Part shown: piece after piece, positions 60,826 to 64,000 of the stretch | Layout of the letters: each line of letters starts with the position of its first letter | How positions within the stretch are numbered: position 1 is the stretch's first letter | From: an uncultured Candidatus Rokubacteria bacterium | GTDB lineage: Bacteria > Methylomirabilota > Methylomirabilia > Rokubacteriales > CSP1-6 | Reading direction: 5' to 3' | Length of the DNA stretch: 64,000 nt | NCBI GenBank assembly: GCA_963754315.1 | Contig: CAVWFS010000019.1 | Location: 32,001-96,000 of the forward strand | Notes under the pieces: model-generated | Seen by the model: only the letters and a program-made list of their open reading frames with translations | The model's database searches: none | What the model was told of the DNA's origin: nothing | Made by a program: the position numbers and the translations under genes

Positions 60826-61629
60826 ATGACCGATGTTGTGGTCGGGGGCGCCGCCGGTCGCATGGGATCCCGCCTCGTGGCGTGCCTGGTTGAGGCACCG
60901 GAGTTTCGGCTAGCAGCGGCGCTGGAAGCGGTCGGTCATGCGGCGGTCGGCCGCGACGCCGGTGATGTGGCGGGGGTGGGTTCGAGAGGTGTGCTCATCG
61001 GAACCGACCCCGCCTCGGCCATCCGCACCGAGCGACTGCTCATCGAGTTCTCCATCCCTGAAGCAAGCCTCGAGCATCTGCGCTTGGTGGCAAGGGTAGG
61101 CGGGCGAGCCGTGATCGGCACGACCGGATTCTCGCCCTCTCATCGCGAGGAGATCGCGGCGCTCGCTCGGAACGCAGCCATCTTTGTTGCCCCCAACATG
61201 TCGATCGCTGTCAATCTGGCCTACTCGGTGCTCGCGACCATGGCCAAGGTTCTAGGAAGCGACTACGACATCGAGATCGTCGAGACACATCATCGGTTCA
61301 AGAAGGACGCACCGAGCGGCACCGCCTTGCGCATGGCCGAGGTGATCGCAGGCGCCCTCGGACGCGACCTCGCCACCGTGGCCGTGTACGGACGGCAGGG
61401 CCATCCCGGTGAGCGGGCGCGAGATGAGATCGGCATCATGTCCCTTCGCTCGGGCGACGTCGTGGGCGATCACACGGTGTCCTTCGGCACCCTGGGCGAG
61501 CGAATCGAGCTTACGCATCACGCGCACAGCCGCGATACCTTCGCCCGTGGTGCCCTGCGGGCGGCCAGATGGCTCACCGGAAAACCGCCCGGCCTGTACT
61601 CGATGCAGGACGTTCTGGGTTTGCCCTAA
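60826..61629 (+). CDS. dapB: 4-hydroxy-tetrahydrodipicolinate reductase
   Basis: GAAGRMG, IGTTG, EIVETHHRFKKDAPSGTA, H.AHSR.TFA.GA. Confidence 0.95.
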   Translation: MTDVVVGGAAGRMGSRLVACLVEAPEFRLAAALEAVGHAAVGRDAGDVAGVGSRGVLIGTDPASAIRTERLLIEFSIPEASLEHLRLVARVGGRAVIGTTGFSPSHREEIAALARNAAIFVAPNMSIAVNLAYSVLATMAKVLGSDYDIEIVETHHRFKKDAPSGTALRMAEVIAGALGRDLATVAVYGRQGHPGERARDEIGIMSLRSGDVVGDHTVSFGTLGERIELTHHAHSRDTFARGALRAARWLTGKPPGLYSMQDVLGLP

Positions 61630-61660
61630 GCGGTTGGGGTGGTTCTGCGCGCGCGTGTCG

Positions 61661-62017
61661 ATGGACCGGCTCCTTCTCGAAGACGTCCGCTTCTACGGAC
61701 ATCACGGCGTCACCAAGGCCGAGCAGACGACGGGCGTGTGGTTCTCGGTAGACGTCGAGCTCGAGCTAGACCTCGCTCCCGCCGCCCTGTCCGACGATCT
61801 GGCCAGCACTGTGGATTACGGTCGGGTGGCCCGGCGCATCGTGGAGTTAGGTTCAACGGGGCGCGTCAACTTGCTCGAGCGGCTCGCTGGTCTCATGGCC
61901 GAGGCGCTCCTGCGGGAATATCCGGCCCATCAAGTCCGGGTGCGCGTGCGCAAACTCACAGCGCCCCTCGGCGGCATTCATGGGACCCCGGGCGTGGAAC
62001 TGGTGCGAACGCGATGA
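61661..62017 (+). CDS. folB: Dihydroneopterin aldolase
   Basis: FYGHHGV..AE, SDDL..TVDY, LLERLA, VRK. Confidence 0.9.
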   Translation: MDRLLLEDVRFYGHHGVTKAEQTTGVWFSVDVELELDLAPAALSDDLASTVDYGRVARRIVELGSTGRVNLLERLAGLMAEALLREYPAHQVRVRVRKLTAPLGGIHGTPGVELVRTR

Positions 62018-62063
62018 TGCCTCCCCTCCCACGTAGGTGGCGCCGGGGCTCGGACTAGTCGCC

Positions 62064-62617
62064 ATGTCGCGAGTGTTCCTCGGATTGGGCTCCAATGCCG
62101 GCGAGCGGCGGCTGGAGTTTCTGCGGGCGGCGTATCGTCAGCTCGCCATGACACAGGGCGTCCGCATCATGGACGCCTCACCGCTCTACGAGACCGAGCC
62201 CTGGGAGAGCGAGCCGGGGACGGGAGCGACCAGCAGCGGTGGCATCTCAACTGCGTGGTCGCCGTCGAGACAACGCTCTCCCCGTCCGACCTTCTCCGGC
62301 AGATGCAGGCGCTGGAGACCGCCCTCGGGCGCCAGCGGCCTCCCGGTACGCCGGAGGAGCAGCGTGCCGCCTACCGCACGATGGACATCGACATCCTGCT
62401 GTACGAGGACCGGGTCATGAGCGTGCCGGACGAGCTGCATCTACCGCATCTGCTTTTGCACGAGCGCGCCTTCGTCCTCCGCCCGCTCGCTGACCTGGCG
62501 CCCGACCTCGAGCACCCCGTTCTCTACCAAACAATTCGCGAGCTTCTGGAGGCGCTGTCCGACGAGCACCAGGTTCGGGTCGCTGCCCTTCCGCGCCGGT
62601 GGTACGAGACGGGCTGA
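62064..62617 (+). CDS. folK: HPPK, apparent -1 frameshift near 62220
   Basis: FLGLGSN, SPLYETEPW | HLNCVV, LE..LGR, RTMDIDILL, LPH...ERAFVL.PL. Confidence 0.85.
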
Positions 62618-62620
62618 CGG

Positions 62621-63133
62621 GTGGCCTCGCCCGAATTCCAGCGTGACACCCTAGAACACCTCAACGCCCTCTACAATTTCGCCATGTATCTCACGCACAA
62701 TCCCTCGGAAGCAGAGGATCTGGTCCAGGAGACGTACCTGCGCGCGTTCCGCTTCTCTCACCGGTTCGAACCGGGAACCCATCTGCGGGCTTGGCTGTTT
62801 CAGATCTTGAGGAACACGTTCCTCACCTTCTACCGGTTGCGCGAGCGGGAAACGGCGGTGGCTGAAGACGGCGTTCCGGACTGGGAGGTTCCGATGTTCC
62901 ATGACGCGCCGGAGGACACCGGGCGCGCTCTGGAGGCCCATACGGACCTCGAGCGCGCCATGAGGCGCCTGCCCGAGGAGTTCCGGACCGTGCTTCTGCT
63001 CGCGGAAGTGGAGGGCATGCCCTTGGAGGAAGTGGCGCGTGTGATGAGTTGCCCGGTGGGGACCGTCAAGTCGAGGATCTTCCGGGCAAAGGAGCGGCTG
63101 CGCGGACTGCTTCCGGACTACCGAACTCGATGA
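62621..63133 (+). CDS. ECF sigma factor
   Basis: AEDLVQETYLRA, WLFQILRN, LPEEFR, GTVKSRIFRA. Confidence 0.9.
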   Translation: MASPEFQRDTLEHLNALYNFAMYLTHNPSEAEDLVQETYLRAFRFSHRFEPGTHLRAWLFQILRNTFLTFYRLRERETAVAEDGVPDWEVPMFHDAPEDTGRALEAHTDLERAMRRLPEEFRTVLLLAEVEGMPLEEVARVMSCPVGTVKSRIFRAKERLRGLLPDYRTR

Positions 63134-63825
63134 GCGAGTTGCACGATCTCTCCGACGAGGCGCTCAGTCACCAGCTGCAGACTGAGCTGCCACGGTATGC
63201 TGCGCCCGCCCATGTGCGCGCAGCCATTCTGGCCGCCGCCGCTCGGCCCCGCCGCGCCGCGTGGCTGGCCCCCTCCCTGGCCGCCCTCGGTACGGCAGCG
63301 CTGGTCCTGCTCTTCTTGCTTCCCATGCTCGCCGCCAGCAACCGCTCCGAACCCGTCCAGCAGCTCGTACGGGCGGTGGTCAGCGAGCACAGCCGTGCCG
63401 TGATGTGGGGTACCCGGACCTCGACGTTCCTCCCGGCGGCCTCCTCCTGGCTCACCCAAGAGTCGGGCATCGCACTGGCGCGTGTCTTCGCAGGGGACGA
63501 TGCGCTCTCGCTCATCGGTGCCGAGCCCGTGTACCTCATGCGGGAACGCGGGGTGGCCCTGCACTACCGTGATCAGGCAGATCGCTTCCTGACCTACGTG
63601 GCCCTCCCGGCTCCGACCCTCCAACTCCCCGAGCGCTATCGGGTGGCGGTGGCCAGCTGGCGGCCCGTACTCGTTCAAGACGGTGGCTTCGCGGTGTGGG
63701 TGTGGAAGCATGGCGACCTCGTGTGCTTCCTCGTCTCCGACATGGCAGGCGGGAACGACCTCGACCGCTTCAAGGACTACTTCGTCCGCGTGCGTACCGC
63801 CACCGAGCCCTTGCTAGCGTATTGA
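63130..63825 (+). CDS. Putative transmembrane anti-sigma factor
   Basis: ATGA overlap with ECF gene; AP..VRA.I, single TM, periplasmic domain. Confidence 0.7.
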   Translation: MSELHDLSDEALSHQLQTELPRYAAPAHVRAAILAAAARPRRAAWLAPSLAALGTAALVLLFLLPMLAASNRSEPVQQLVRAVVSEHSRAVMWGTRTSTFLPAASSWLTQESGIALARVFAGDDALSLIGAEPVYLMRERGVALHYRDQADRFLTYVALPAPTLQLPERYRVAVASWRPVLVQDGGFAVWVWKHGDLVCFLVSDMAGGNDLDRFKDYFVRVRTATEPLLAY

Positions 63826-63861
63826 GATCAATGATCTCTCCTGCTCCCGTCGGTATGCGAG

Positions 63862-64000
63862 TCAGGACGTACCCACCCGCCTCCCAGCCAGGAATGCCGA
63901 CTGCGCCCTCATCACGCCGACCAGCCTGACCGCGACCACCCAGCCTGCCAGCTCGAGCGCTCTCCACGCGGTGGCCGCGTTGACTCGGTCTGCGTACCCG
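63862..64000 (-). CDS. Possible 3' end of a gene entering from the right edge
   Basis: Open frame ..ALELAGWVVAVRLVGVMRAQSAFLAGRRVGTS*. Confidence 0.3.
   Translation of the reverse strand, partial: GYADRVNAATAWRALELAGWVVAVRLVGVMRAQSAFLAGRRVGTS

Overview
A GC-rich, gene-dense bacterial chromosome segment; gene content and repeat style suggest Rokubacteria/Methylomirabilota (inference). It is mostly housekeeping: a tol-pal-cpoB operon, a GldAFG/DUF4340-type ABC module, a ~16-kb minus-strand run (EmrA-like, dehydrogenase, DUF1445, pxpB/C/A, class III aminotransferase, gcvT/H/PA/PB, lipoate ligase, Nudix, pepA, PHP, ArsC-like), bamD, ltaE, peptide-ABC ATPases, aspartate-family genes (alaC-like, hom, lysC, dapL, lysA, dapA, dapB), argH, comEA/comEC, mltG, folB/folK and an ECF sigma/anti-sigma pair. 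No rRNA, tRNA, CRISPR, transposase or prophage was recognised. The most notable items: (1) a motif-degenerate AAA+ protein ending in the proteasome-docking tail GQYL; (2) a stand-alone, divergent rpoA outside the ribosomal operon; (3) a dispersed ~75-bp double-hairpin element that forms tandem arrays, co-amplifies flanking gene ends and is translated into a protein tail; (4) unannotated small membrane ORFs ahead of an orphan EmrA; (5) an FN3 lipoprotein with an LptM-like N-terminus. Several single-base frameshifts in conserved genes point to uncorrected assembly indels, a caveat that also applies to array copy number.
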